This document shows, piece after piece, positions 10,355 to 19,710 of a stretch of DNA of 64,000 nt. The DNA is taken from the IMG/VR virus record IMGVR_UViG_3300027996_000008; one strand, given 5' to 3'. The notes beneath the pieces are model-generated. The model was not told the DNA's origin. It saw only the letters and a list, made by a program, of their open reading frames with translations, and searched no databases. Within the stretch, counting starts at the first letter, position 1, and each line of letters starts with the position of its first letter. A program made the position numbers and the translations under genes. The DNA comes from a virus.

Positions 10355-10425
10355 ATAAATAATAGAAAGGGTGTTCATTGTGTTGACGCACAATGAACTT
10401 GCAAACGAGGTTGATGTTTGCCCCT
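10355..10425 (+). ncRNA. Putative structured leader (three-way junction), copy A, upstream of an endonuclease gene
   Basis: aggg/ccct closing stem, 10-bp hairpin, tt linker, second hairpin; covarying copy at 24278-24346. Confidence 0.6.
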
Positions 10426-10454
10426 GTTAATCTATTTATATATGAGGTTGAATC

Positions 10455-11600
10455 ATGAAAGAAAAAATTAAATGTCAGATTTGTGAAAGAGAGTTTAAAA
10501 GTTTTCAAAGTTTAGGAAATCATTTAAAAACTCATAAAATGAAATCTAAAAAATATTATGATACATATTTTAAACAAGAAAATGAAGGTGTGTGTTTAGA
10601 ATGTGGAAAAGAAACAAGATTTAAAAGTATTGGACAAGGATATAGACGATTTTGTTCAAATAAGTGTTCTACTAATTCAAAAGAAGTACAAAAAAAGACT
10701 AAAGAAACATGGTTAAAGAATTATGGTGTTGATAACCCAAGTAAATCTGACATAATAAAAAAACAAAAAGAAGAAACTTGCATGAAAAATCATGGAGTTA
10801 CAAACCCTTTAAAATCAGAAGAAATTAGAGAAAAATCAAACCAAACATATTTTGAAAGAACTGGATATAAACATCCTAGCAAAGATCCAAAGATAAAGAA
10901 GCAGAAAGAAGAAACGTGTATGAATAATCATGGAGTTAGTAATCCTAGCAAAGATCCAAAGATAAAGAAGCAGAAAGAAGAAACGTGTATGAATAATCAT
11001 GGAGTTAGTTACCCACTTCAATCTAAAGAAGTGAAAACCAAAATGAAAGAAACAATAAAAGAAAAATATGATGTTGATCATTATTCGCAAACAAAAGAAT
11101 TTAAAGAAAAATTAAAACAAACTTGTCAAGAAAAATATGGATGTGAATATTATTTACAATCTGAAGACAAACAAGAAAAATCAAAACAGACATGTCAAGA
11201 AAGATATGGCGTTGATCATCCTATGCATAATCCAGAAATATTTGAAAAAAATCAAAAATCAAGATTTACTTCTAAACAATACACAATGCCTAGTGGCAAT
11301 ACAAGACTAGTTCAAGGATATGAACATTTAGCATTAGATTTTCTAGTTGAGTTGTATGAAGAAAGTGATATTATCACTAAATCAACAAATGTTCCAAAAA
11401 TTAAGTATATATTTGAAGATAAAAATAGAGTATATACACCCGATATCTACATTCCTTCTGAAAACTTAATAATAGAAGTAAAATCAACTTATACATATGA
11501 AGTTAATCTTGAAAAAAATCTAGCAAAGCGACAAGCATGTTTGAATCAAGGATATGAATTCATGTTTATGATTTTTGATGGTAAAGGAAATTTAATATAA
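10455..11600 (+). CDS. Free-standing homing-endonuclease-like protein: C2H2 finger, 23-aa repeats, C-terminal PD-(D/E)xK nuclease
   Basis: CQICEREFKSFQSLGNHLKTH; repeated K-K-TC---YGV--P; YTPDIYIPSENLIIEVKS; antisense to flanking genes. Confidence 0.8.
   Translation: MKEKIKCQICEREFKSFQSLGNHLKTHKMKSKKYYDTYFKQENEGVCLECGKETRFKSIGQGYRRFCSNKCSTNSKEVQKKTKETWLKNYGVDNPSKSDIIKKQKEETCMKNHGVTNPLKSEEIREKSNQTYFERTGYKHPSKDPKIKKQKEETCMNNHGVSNPSKDPKIKKQKEETCMNNHGVSYPLQSKEVKTKMKETIKEKYDVDHYSQTKEFKEKLKQTCQEKYGCEYYLQSEDKQEKSKQTCQERYGVDHPMHNPEIFEKNQKSRFTSKQYTMPSGNTRLVQGYEHLALDFLVELYEESDIITKSTNVPKIKYIFEDKNRVYTPDIYIPSENLIIEVKSTYTYEVNLEKNLAKRQACLNQGYEFMFMIFDGKGNLI
10873..11009. repeat. 68-bp exact tandem duplication (period 69 bp, one 23-aa unit)
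   Basis: atcctagcaaagatcc...catggagttagt at 10873 and 10942. Confidence 0.92.
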
Positions 11601-11602
11601 TA

Positions 11603-11734
11603 TTATTCATTTTTTTCTGATAAATGTTTTTTCAAACTCTCAATCATTTCAATAATTTTTTTCTGATTTGTTCTTACTTCATTAAGTTGATAAGTTAATT
11701 CTAAAAAATCACTTCTAATTTCACCATAGTCCAT
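11603..11734 (-). CDS. Small hypothetical protein (43 aa)
   Basis: MDYGEIRSDFLELTYQLNEV..., GAGG SD, follows uvsY. Confidence 0.45.
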   Translation of the reverse strand: MDYGEIRSDFLELTYQLNEVRTNQKKIIEMIESLKKHLSEKNE

Positions 11735-11746
11735 TCATTTTTCCTC

Positions 11747-12148
11747 TCATTGTCCGTTTCTAAATTTCTGATAATCTAACATTGTCTGAATGTTAAATCC
11801 AACACCTTTAAGATAATTTATATTTCTTTCACATTCATCAATTTTATTTTTCAACTCCTTAATTGATTTCTCAAGTTCAATAATTTCTTCGTTTGAATTT
11901 TTAAGAAAAATATCTCTATCTTCCTTTGATTTAATTATAGATTGAATATCATATTCTGCTTCATCACTGAGCATATAAAATTCAATTCTTCCTTTTCTTA
12001 ATTTATTATATTCAGATTTTTTATTATTATATTTTGTCACTAAATTGGTCATTCTATCAATTTCCGTGGCATGTAAAGAAGGAATTTGTTTCAATACAAA
12101 TTCTGGTTCGTAAACGTTTAAATCTGTTTTTTCATATATTGTTTTCAT
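11747..12148 (-). CDS. uvsY: Recombination mediator UvsY-like
   Basis: IPSLH...EFY...EEIIELE...GFNIQ-M-DYQKF-NG pattern. Confidence 0.75.
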   Translation of the reverse strand: MKTIYEKTDLNVYEPEFVLKQIPSLHATEIDRMTNLVTKYNNKKSEYNKLRKGRIEFYMLSDEAEYDIQSIIKSKEDRDIFLKNSNEEIIELEKSIKELKNKIDECERNINYLKGVGFNIQTMLDYQKFRNGQ

Positions 12149-12504
12149 TCTCCCTCCGTGACTGTATATGCATAATATAATGTTGTTGATCCTCTAGATT
12201 TTTCATCATACATGTAAAAAATTTTATATTGAAATGTTGGTTCATGATATGACCGTTTTACAGATCCAGTTACTGTTTTAACTTCTGGATCTGTATTATC
12301 TATATGATGCCATTTTTTCCCTTCTTTGTTAATTATGTGTGGCAGTTCAATCATTTCATTAAATTTTCTAAGAGTTTTAACAGAAAATGATTGAACTGTA
12401 TCACTTCCAAAATTATCAAATGTATAAATGTTATTTAAAAATTCACGTTCTATTATTTGCAATAAAAACATTATTGAATTGGCTTTATGATCTATTTCTT
12501 TCAT
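12145..12504 (-). CDS. Hypothetical protein
   Basis: GGAGG SD, coupled to uvsY. Confidence 0.65.
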   Translation of the reverse strand: MKEIDHKANSIMFLLQIIEREFLNNIYTFDNFGSDTVQSFSVKTLRKFNEMIELPHIINKEGKKWHHIDNTDPEVKTVTGSVKRSYHEPTFQYKIFYMYDEKSRGSTTLYYAYTVTEGE

Positions 12505-12528
12505 TTACCCCTCCAAATTTAATCTCTC

Positions 12529-12813
12529 TCATAATATCCTCCTAAATTGAATCAAATTAATATCTCTTCTATCTAAAATCAATTCATTTATTCCCTGTTT
12601 ACGAAAATGTTTTAAATCTATATTGGAAATCTCGAAAACCACCAAATGTGCATATTTAGATGGTTTAAATTTGGAATTGTTAAAGTTACCATCGCAAACC
12701 CTTTCTATTAACCATTCTATATTTGTTGCATAGAATTGAAATCTGCTTCTCAAAGATGGTTTATTAATTATATCTTCAAACTCTTCTTGACAACACATTC
12801 TATATATTAACAT
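12529..12813 (-). CDS. Hypothetical protein
   Basis: GGAGG SD. Confidence 0.6.
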   Translation of the reverse strand: MLIYRMCCQEEFEDIINKPSLRSRFQFYATNIEWLIERVCDGNFNNSKFKPSKYAHLVVFEISNIDLKHFRKQGINELILDRRDINLIQFRRIL

Positions 12814-12902
12814 TTAATCCTCCTTATTTCAAAAGAATATATTCATACAATTATTATGACAACTTAATATAGTTGACATTACACAATTTCTTTTTGTATA
12901 TT

Positions 12903-13394
12903 TCATTGTTCAAACCTCATATTAACCTCTTCAAAGTGAATTGGTGTGTATTTAACCTGTTCACAACTCACACAAACAAATCCATTTTTTCCAACAATTT
13001 TTGAATGCAAATGACCATGTATATTCTTTAAACCAATATCAATTGGTTCATGGCTCAACACATATTCATTTTTGTATATGATTGGATATTCAATAACCCT
13101 ATCAAACCCAACACTCAGCCACCATGTTCTGGTTCGTCTTCTATCATGATTTCCAGGAATTAGTATTTTTTCACCATTCAATTGGTTCAAAATATTTGTT
13201 GTTTGTTCTTTGTTTCCAAAACTGAAGTCTCCTAAAAACCATATTCTAGCTTTTTTTGAAACTTTATTATTCCAATTTTTTATGATAGTTTTATTCATTT
13301 CAAAAATATTAGCAAATTGACTTCTAAACGTTTCATAAAGCAAAATGTTTTCATGATAAAAATGTGTATCTGCTAAAAAATAATCTCTACTCAT
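12903..13394 (-). CDS. Calcineurin-like metallophosphoesterase
   Basis: ADTHF-H, LGD, GNHD, SHEP, HGH-H motifs. Confidence 0.9.
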   Translation of the reverse strand: MSRDYFLADTHFYHENILLYETFRSQFANIFEMNKTIIKNWNNKVSKKARIWFLGDFSFGNKEQTTNILNQLNGEKILIPGNHDRRRTRTWWLSVGFDRVIEYPIIYKNEYVLSHEPIDIGLKNIHGHLHSKIVGKNGFVCVSCEQVKYTPIHFEEVNMRFEQ

Positions 13395-13597
13395 TGTTTA
13401 ATTCCTTCTTCATTTAAAAAATTAATTACTCTTAATGTTGTTTTAGTACAATTGATGTCAATCTCCGCACCAAAACATTTTTTGTATATTTTTACATTAT
13501 GAAAATTAAAATCTTCTTCATCAGATTTACATGTTCTAACAAAGATAACTTTCTCATTTACCTGAACTCTGTTTTTACTTAATCTTTTAACTTTCAT
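13391..13597 (-). CDS. Hypothetical protein
   Basis: GGAG SD, operon packing. Confidence 0.55.
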   Translation of the reverse strand: MKVKRLSKNRVQVNEKVIFVRTCKSDEEDFNFHNVKIYKKCFGAEIDINCTKTTLRVINFLNEEGIKQ

Positions 13598-13618
13598 GAC
13601 ATTCTCCTTAATATAAAT

Positions 13619-13801
13619 TTATAATACTATGAGATACTCTTTTCTTATGTATAGATGACCAATTTTATCAAATAATACCTTATATATTACTTGACCTTTA
13701 TATAAAGAATTAACGATTTCTTTAATCGTTCCAATTTTACCATCAATGAAATCTAATTTTTCATTAATCGAAGAAACTTTTACTTGATCATCTTTTTTCA
13801 T
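13619..13801 (-). CDS. Hypothetical protein (SH3/KOW-like pattern)
   Basis: DQVKV...GKIGTIKEI pattern. Confidence 0.5.
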   Translation of the reverse strand: MKKDDQVKVSSINEKLDFIDGKIGTIKEIVNSLYKGQVIYKVLFDKIGHLYIRKEYLIVL

Positions 13802-13802
13802 A

Positions 13803-14417
13803 TTATTTCTCCAAATGTTTTCTTAATATATTTTCATTAATCTCCCATTGGTTTTCTTTAGCATAAGCATAAGCATCAGCAGCATCAACAGCATTATCAG
13901 CATCAGCAGCATAATAGGCAGCAACAGCAGCACTAACAACAGCAGCATAAGCATAAGTAGCATCAACATCAGTATCATTAGCAGCATCAGCAGCATAAAC
14001 AGAAGCAGCAGCATTAGCGGCAGTAGCAGCAGCAGTAGTAGTATTAACAGCATCATAGGCAACAGCATTATAAGCAATACAAGCAGAATTATGAAATGTA
14101 ATAAGTTCTTTTTTAGAAATTTTACGTACTTTGTAATTCCTAATAGCTTGAATTAAATTTCTAGGTCGAACATCTTTAGGATGTTCTTCCTCAAAAATAT
14201 GAAGTGTAGATTCTTCAATATCCGCAATGACAATACAGTAGTCTTCATATTCTTGGGTGCGAAGTGCCCAAAAAGCATCTTCCACACCATTGATTTCTAA
14301 AATCTGAAGTATTGAAACTTCAGTATCTAGGTTTGTTGTCCCTAAAGATTTACATAATTTTTTCCAGCCGGGTACACACGGATTGAAAGATTTTATTTTC
14401 CCTAAAGTAGTTTTCAT
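13803..14417 (-). CDS. Phage hypothetical protein with Ala-rich low-complexity tract
   Basis: MKTTL-KI----PC--GW-KL---LG and NG--DA-WALR pattern common in phage accessory genes; GCN-rich repeats. Confidence 0.7.
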   Translation of the reverse strand: MKTTLGKIKSFNPCVPGWKKLCKSLGTTNLDTEVSILQILEINGVEDAFWALRTQEYEDYCIVIADIEESTLHIFEEEHPKDVRPRNLIQAIRNYKVRKISKKELITFHNSACIAYNAVAYDAVNTTTAAATAANAAASVYAADAANDTDVDATYAYAAVVSAAVAAYYAADADNAVDAADAYAYAKENQWEINENILRKHLEK

Positions 14418-14433
14418 GATAATCTCCTTAATT

Positions 14434-14483
14434 AAATTAACAACTCACAATACTATTATAATCGATTTTACAAATAATGTCAA
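14434..14483 (-). promoter_or_regulatory. Early promoter with GTTGTTAATTT leader
   Basis: TTGACA-17-TATAAT; 27 bp identical to 40163-40189. Confidence 0.75.
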
Positions 14484-14620
14484 GCTAAAAAATAAAAAAA
14501 TAAATAATAAAAATTTAATTTAATAATTTTAGATAGTTACAAAATAAATGCAAAAAAGACTTGATTTTTAATTTTTTATGCATATAATATAAATAAGAGA
14601 AAGTTTTAGGAGGATTTTGT

Positions 14621-16738
14621 TTGAATAATATTGGGTTTGATCAAAACATTAGAAGATTATCAGAGTTATCATATCTTTATAGATGTGTTAATTCAATAAA
14701 AAAATACAAATACTCTAAAAAACTAACAATGAAAATCCTTCAACTTCTTCTTCTAGGTAATGAAAATTATCAAAATAGAACAAACTCAAAATTCTATATT
14801 TCATTAACAGCAAAAGAAATTGCAAAAACACTAAACAAAAAAGAATCAGAAGTGCAATCTATTTTAGATACTCTTTCACACAATTATAATTCAATGTATG
14901 GTGATAATAATCAATTAGTTGGAAAAGATAAAAATCTATATTTTTATAAAGGCAAAGAAAATGAATATTGGAACAAAATGGGTTTCTTTTTTCCTAGTCT
15001 AGGTACGGTAAATATTAATTATGAATCAATTGCTAAATCAAATGGAAAACTTCCACAAACTTTATTAGTTGCAATATGTGCTCTAGCTTCGAATCTACCG
15101 CATAGTGAAACGAATTTAACTTTTAGATACAAACATATAGAAAATATTTGTGGTATCACACCAGATCAATTTAAATCCATCTGCAAAGAGAATAATTTTG
15201 ATTATAGAATTAAATTTTCAGATGCAACTATAGATGAAAAGAGAATAACAAATGTTTCTAATAATAATAGAATTAGAGGAATTTATTTCACTGATAAAGC
15301 AATCAAAAATGCAAAACAATTATTAGGATTGTATTCATATAATCCAGATTATAAAAATCTTTTCTTATTAGGTGAAATGTTCTATACTAATGTTTCAAAA
15401 ATGACAAAAGATTTTTTCATGAATCAAAAATGGGAAAGATTACCAATAGAAAAAGATGTTTTAGATCTATCATTTTGCAAGTGGACTGAAGAAATATACA
15501 AAAATGCTATTAAATTCTACAGAAACATATCAAATCAAGATAAATTATATTATGTAGAAGATTCTAGTTCTTGCACACCAAATTCAAAGAAAGCAATTGA
15601 TCTAGAAATCAAAAATTCTAATATACACAAAAAAGAGTATTACGACAAGAAATACAAGGACGAGAATGTGAACAAGTTAAAAGATGATTCACCATCATCA
15701 ACTACGTCCGAAACCAAGAACGAAGTCACATTCAACAAAACTTCATATCAAGATTTTTGTTATGAATCAAGAGAACGATTTTCAGAATTGAAAAAAGAAA
15801 GAAAAACTGTTTTCTGCGTATTTGAAATCATCAAAGATTATCTAGAAAAAATGGACAATGAATTGATCAAAGAAAAGCTTGAATCTATCAAAACAATTCA
15901 AGACATTCTTAGATCACCAATGTTTACACATCCAAATGATGTTGCAATTAACATTTCCTTGGAAGAGCATGAATTAAAAGGAAAATGGTATGTTGAAGAA
16001 TCTCTAATCAATATAGATACAACAGAGTATCTAGAAGAAATAGAATTTTTTGATATAATCAATGACATCAAAGATGATTTTTCAAATCCAGAAGATTATG
16101 TAAAAGAAGAAGCAATTGAAGTTTGCAAAGAAAAATTTAAAGATTTAATTTTGTGTTCGGATCACAAAGACTATGTTAAAACATGGTTAGAAAGAGCTGA
16201 TCAAGAATCTAAAAATTTCAAAAGAAAAAAAAGGATGAAAGAATGTTTTGAATTAATGTCACCAGTTTATCTTTTACACAAAATACTAGGTGAAACAGAA
16301 TTTAAAAATGTTAAAGATCTAAAGAAATATATTTTCTCTGATCTTTGTCATCAAAAACTGAACGGCTTCAAAACTGCAATCTATTCTGAAATCAAAGATG
16401 AAGAAACAAGAATCTTTAAAAATTGGATCAACAACACAATGATTGATGAATCAATCTATTATGATTATTTTTCTGAAAAATTTAGAATGAAAGATTATCA
16501 TATTAAAAACAAAAAAATCATTGAAAACTTCATAAAAGAATTTGACAACAAAGTTAAAATTGTCAAAATCAATGAAGAAAGACAAATGGTGATTGATCTA
16601 GTAGAATCTCTTGGTATGAAAATAGGTGGTCTCTATGGAGAAATTGATGAAGATGAAGCAAATCTATTTGAGATAGAACTAATCATGGGTCTAACTACAA
16701 TAGATGACATTAGAAAAAATTTATTAGGTCTTGATTAA
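14621..16738 (+). CDS. Large hypothetical protein with N-terminal winged-HTH-like segment
   Basis: 705-aa ORF, TTG start with AGGAGG; SLTAKEIAKTLNKKESEVQSILDTL resembles an HTH. Confidence 0.7.
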   Translation: MNNIGFDQNIRRLSELSYLYRCVNSIKKYKYSKKLTMKILQLLLLGNENYQNRTNSKFYISLTAKEIAKTLNKKESEVQSILDTLSHNYNSMYGDNNQLVGKDKNLYFYKGKENEYWNKMGFFFPSLGTVNINYESIAKSNGKLPQTLLVAICALASNLPHSETNLTFRYKHIENICGITPDQFKSICKENNFDYRIKFSDATIDEKRITNVSNNNRIRGIYFTDKAIKNAKQLLGLYSYNPDYKNLFLLGEMFYTNVSKMTKDFFMNQKWERLPIEKDVLDLSFCKWTEEIYKNAIKFYRNISNQDKLYYVEDSSSCTPNSKKAIDLEIKNSNIHKKEYYDKKYKDENVNKLKDDSPSSTTSETKNEVTFNKTSYQDFCYESRERFSELKKERKTVFCVFEIIKDYLEKMDNELIKEKLESIKTIQDILRSPMFTHPNDVAINISLEEHELKGKWYVEESLINIDTTEYLEEIEFFDIINDIKDDFSNPEDYVKEEAIEVCKEKFKDLILCSDHKDYVKTWLERADQESKNFKRKKRMKECFELMSPVYLLHKILGETEFKNVKDLKKYIFSDLCHQKLNGFKTAIYSEIKDEETRIFKNWINNTMIDESIYYDYFSEKFRMKDYHIKNKKIIENFIKEFDNKVKIVKINEERQMVIDLVESLGMKIGGLYGEIDEDEANLFEIELIMGLTTIDDIRKNLLGLD

Positions 16739-17156
16739 GATTTAATTTTTCTAAATGTTTGTTTTATTTTTAAGAAATTTATTCATAGTAATAATATAAC
16801 TGTGTCAATTTATTATTCGATGTTTGAATTATTATAAAATAATTAAGAAATTTACATATTAATTACAATACTGAATAATTTAAGAAAAAAGAAAATAATT
16901 ATAACAAAAACAAAAAAATTATTAAAATTCTAAGTTTGTGAGTTCCTTGAACGATCAAACAACATTAGAAATTAAATTATATATTAAGTTTATCAAAAAT
17001 ATTTAACATTATTTGAATTATTGAAATTAAATAAAATAATAATAATATTTCAGTATGTTTTTTACATTAATTTATAGAATATAATAGAGATTTTTTTGTT
17101 TTTAAAATATTACAGATTATGTCCTTGACTTTTTGAATAATATAACACAGTTAATC
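16739..17156. other. Extremely AT-rich non-coding region, candidate replication origin/unwinding element
   Basis: Largest intergenic gap in the window; imperfect inverted and direct repeats; near the main strand switch. Confidence 0.35.
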
Positions 17157-17861
17157 CTATCCAATCATTATATCATACACCTCCATGTATTCTTCTTTCA
17201 TTCTTTGTTCTAATTTTTCAAGTTCTTCTCTTGCAGTTTGTTCCATTTCTTGCCAATTTACAGTAGTTCCACTTAATAATTCCCCTGAATATTTTTTTAA
17301 ATTCATACACCATTGTAGTATACATTTCTGTGTTACAAATTCTTCAAAAAATTCATCATCATGTAAATATTCACTATCATCAATAGAATTGTCAATCCAC
17401 ACTTCAAGAGCAATATCATTTAATCCTTGAGTGTTTAGGAATTGTAATTTCTTTGTATTTTTATTAAAACTAAACAGATGTTTTTGCCCAAATGTTATAT
17501 CAATATCTCTCATATAAGCAGTAAAGATTGAATAATCCATTATATTGCCTAATGCTATACTAGTCATATTTCTTTCTAAGAATAGTTTTCTCCATGATGG
17601 TGTTCCACCTGCTGCTGAATTATCAGCTTTATAATATCCAGTTACTGAGTGAATATTACTTGGTAGTGTGTATTCAGTTGTTCCAGAAGTAAGTGTTAGC
17701 ACATAAACTTGCTCTTTTGCGCCATCATAATGCATTTCTATCATCCTTTTCATTGAACGTCTGTATACATTAGTAAATTGAGGATCTGTTAGTTCAACTA
17801 CATGAAATCCATCACCCATATTATTAAGTATTCTTGTTTTAAAATCTGCTAAAGTTGTCAT
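17157..17861 (-). CDS. gp13: Neck protein gp13-like
   Basis: VELTD-Q, HYDG-KE, W--NL-KY-G-L--G--VN motifs; late promoter upstream. Confidence 0.85.
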   Translation of the reverse strand: MTTLADFKTRILNNMGDGFHVVELTDPQFTNVYRRSMKRMIEMHYDGAKEQVYVLTLTSGTTEYTLPSNIHSVTGYYKADNSAAGGTPSWRKLFLERNMTSIALGNIMDYSIFTAYMRDIDITFGQKHLFSFNKNTKKLQFLNTQGLNDIALEVWIDNSIDDSEYLHDDEFFEEFVTQKCILQWCMNLKKYSGELLSGTTVNWQEMEQTAREELEKLEQRMKEEYMEVYDIMIG

Positions 17862-17886
17862 TATTTTCACCTTTTTTAAAATTTAT

Positions 17887-17919
17887 CTTGACATTATTTA
17901 TAAAATAAGTATAATTATA
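17887..17919. promoter_or_regulatory. Bidirectional cassette: early promoter (+) with late TATAAATA (-) nested in its spacer
   Basis: cttgacattatttataaaataagtataattata, identical at 52222-52254. Confidence 0.75.
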
Positions 17920-17948
17920 ATAACATTTTATTATATTAGGAGGTTAAT

Positions 17949-18239
17949 ATGAAAGAAATAAATGTAGTTGGATTTGTAAAATGTAAAAAATGTAATCATT
18001 ATCCAACTATTTTTTCACAAGAAGCTAATAAAAATCAACCATCACATGTTGCACTTTGTATGTGTGAATATGGTGATGAATTGTATGCAAATACCAAAGA
18101 AGAATTAATTACAAAATTTAATGAAAGAAATTCTGAAACAAAGAAACAGAAATTCAAACCTAATTGTTCTGATTGTTCATTGTTTGTTGGTGGGTGTTGT
18201 AGCTCACCTAATGGATGTTATTATTTAAAGGAGGATTAA
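17949..18239 (+). CDS. Hypothetical Cys-rich (Zn-binding) protein
   Basis: CKKC, CxC, CxxC motifs; GGAGG SD. Confidence 0.65.
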   Translation: MKEINVVGFVKCKKCNHYPTIFSQEANKNQPSHVALCMCEYGDELYANTKEELITKFNERNSETKKQKFKPNCSDCSLFVGGCCSSPNGCYYLKED

Positions 18240-18240
18240 A

Positions 18241-18663
18241 ATGAAAGAAAAAAAACTTGTTGAAAAAGTATGTCCATTGGTTGGAAAAAAATGTATTGGT
18301 GAAAAGTGTGAATTTGCTAATACAACAGTAGAAAAAATAATAATAAATGAAGGAAGAGTATTAACACCAAAATATTTAATAAGTTTGAAAAATGATACAT
18401 ATGAAAAAATGAAATCTGAAGCTAAATCAAAAATAATAGAACACCTAAAAAAATCATTTTTTAGTTTAAATAATAATGAATATTTAAAAATAATAGATAT
18501 AATATTAAAAAATCCTGAAGAATATGAAACTGACAATAGTATTTTAGATTATTGTAATATATGTTTATGGTATGAAATTGTATTTCAACTTGTTGAATAT
18601 AAAACAACTAGTAAAATTAATTGTAATATTAAACAAAGTTATAATGGGTGTCGAAATGAGTGA
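18241..18663 (+). CDS. Hypothetical protein
   Basis: GGAGG SD; CP...C-GEKC motif. Confidence 0.6.
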   Translation: MKEKKLVEKVCPLVGKKCIGEKCEFANTTVEKIIINEGRVLTPKYLISLKNDTYEKMKSEAKSKIIEHLKKSFFSLNNNEYLKIIDIILKNPEEYETDNSILDYCNICLWYEIVFQLVEYKTTSKINCNIKQSYNGCRNE

Positions 18664-18920
18664 TATAATTACACGACTAAAGAGACAGACGAATTTTTCA
18701 CTGTTGAAATTCCAGAAGATGTCAAAATTACAACAAGTGTTCTATTTTATTGTAAATATTCATTTGAGCGACTTATCATCAAATATGAGTATGTTATGAG
18801 CAAGAGTATATAGTATTTGAAAATATATGCAAAATACAAAAGTAAGAAAGATATTTATGTATTTTTGGTTGATGAAAAACAAGAGAAACATGATATTACA
18901 CCAAAAGAGGAGGAAGGAAA

Positions 18921-19187
18921 TTGTCAATATTAGTTAAAAATAAAAAAACAGGAAAATGGGAATATGATCATGATCCTACAAATAAGACAACAAAACTTAG
19001 TATTCTTGTTATATTAATTATCATTCTTTCTTATATTATAACTATTGATGATATTAGGAAGGAAAGCCGATGTAAAAGAACTACCGAATATCAAAATGCA
19101 TATAAACAATGTATTTTGAATGGTGGTGAATATTGTCATCTTACAGTAATAGAAATAATGTCAAATAATTGTGGAAATGAGGATTAA
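18921..19187 (+). CDS. Hypothetical membrane protein
   Basis: Single hydrophobic segment LSILVILIIILSYIITI. Confidence 0.55.
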   Translation: MSILVKNKKTGKWEYDHDPTNKTTKLSILVILIIILSYIITIDDIRKESRCKRTTEYQNAYKQCILNGGEYCHLTVIEIMSNNCGNED

Positions 19188-19188
19188 A

Positions 19189-19458
19189 ATGAAAGAAAAA
19201 AAATTAGTTGAAAAAACAAACGCAATGACAGAATTAAACCTAATTCTAAATGATTGGACACAAAAGTTCTTTGGTGAAGATAAAGGTTTATTTGTTGAAA
19301 TGACCTTAACAGCAATAGCGCTTAATAGCAAAGCAGACTTTGTTGACAGCACTTTATCATTTTCTAAACACATGACATCAGAACAGATCGAAAAACATTC
19401 TAAGGCGTTGCTAGATTATTCAAAACAAATAGAAAAAGAAATGGATGAGGAAAAGTAA
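19189..19458 (+). CDS. Hypothetical protein
   Basis: Start MKEKKLVEK after GAGG SD. Confidence 0.6.
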   Translation: MKEKKLVEKTNAMTELNLILNDWTQKFFGEDKGLFVEMTLTAIALNSKADFVDSTLSFSKHMTSEQIEKHSKALLDYSKQIEKEMDEEK

Positions 19459-19671
19459 ATGATTAAAAAGATACTAACAACTTTATGGAAAGATATAAAG
19501 TGTATGAATGATAAACATGATTATGAAATATTTAAAGAGGAAGAATTTGATAGTGTATATGGACCTGCAAACTCACACATATATAAATGTAAAAATTGTG
19601 GAAAAGAATATTCAGGAACTACAATTTCATTAGGAACATTTAAATGGAAAACAAATGAAAATAATAAATGA
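19459..19671 (+). CDS. Hypothetical Zn-ribbon protein
   Basis: C..H...CKNCG pattern. Confidence 0.6.
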   Translation: MIKKILTTLWKDIKCMNDKHDYEIFKEEEFDSVYGPANSHIYKCKNCGKEYSGTTISLGTFKWKTNENNK

Positions 19672-19710
19672 AATTAATTAATATTAAAAGAGGTTTGAGA
19701 ATGGTGAAAA

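Noticed and set aside
10355-10425. Hammerhead ribozyme reading of the three-way junction
   Set aside because: GAAA precedes the closing stem, but there is no CUGANGA core and copy A has G at the would-be cleavage position
13823-14156. Overlapping Leu/Met-rich and Ser/Ile-rich ORFs
   Set aside because: Alternative-frame shadows of the GCN-rich Ala tract in 13803-14417
18656-18920. Possible frameshifted gene between 18241 and 18921 ORFs
   Set aside because: Protein-like stretches in several frames, but no recognisable homology to anchor a pseudogene call
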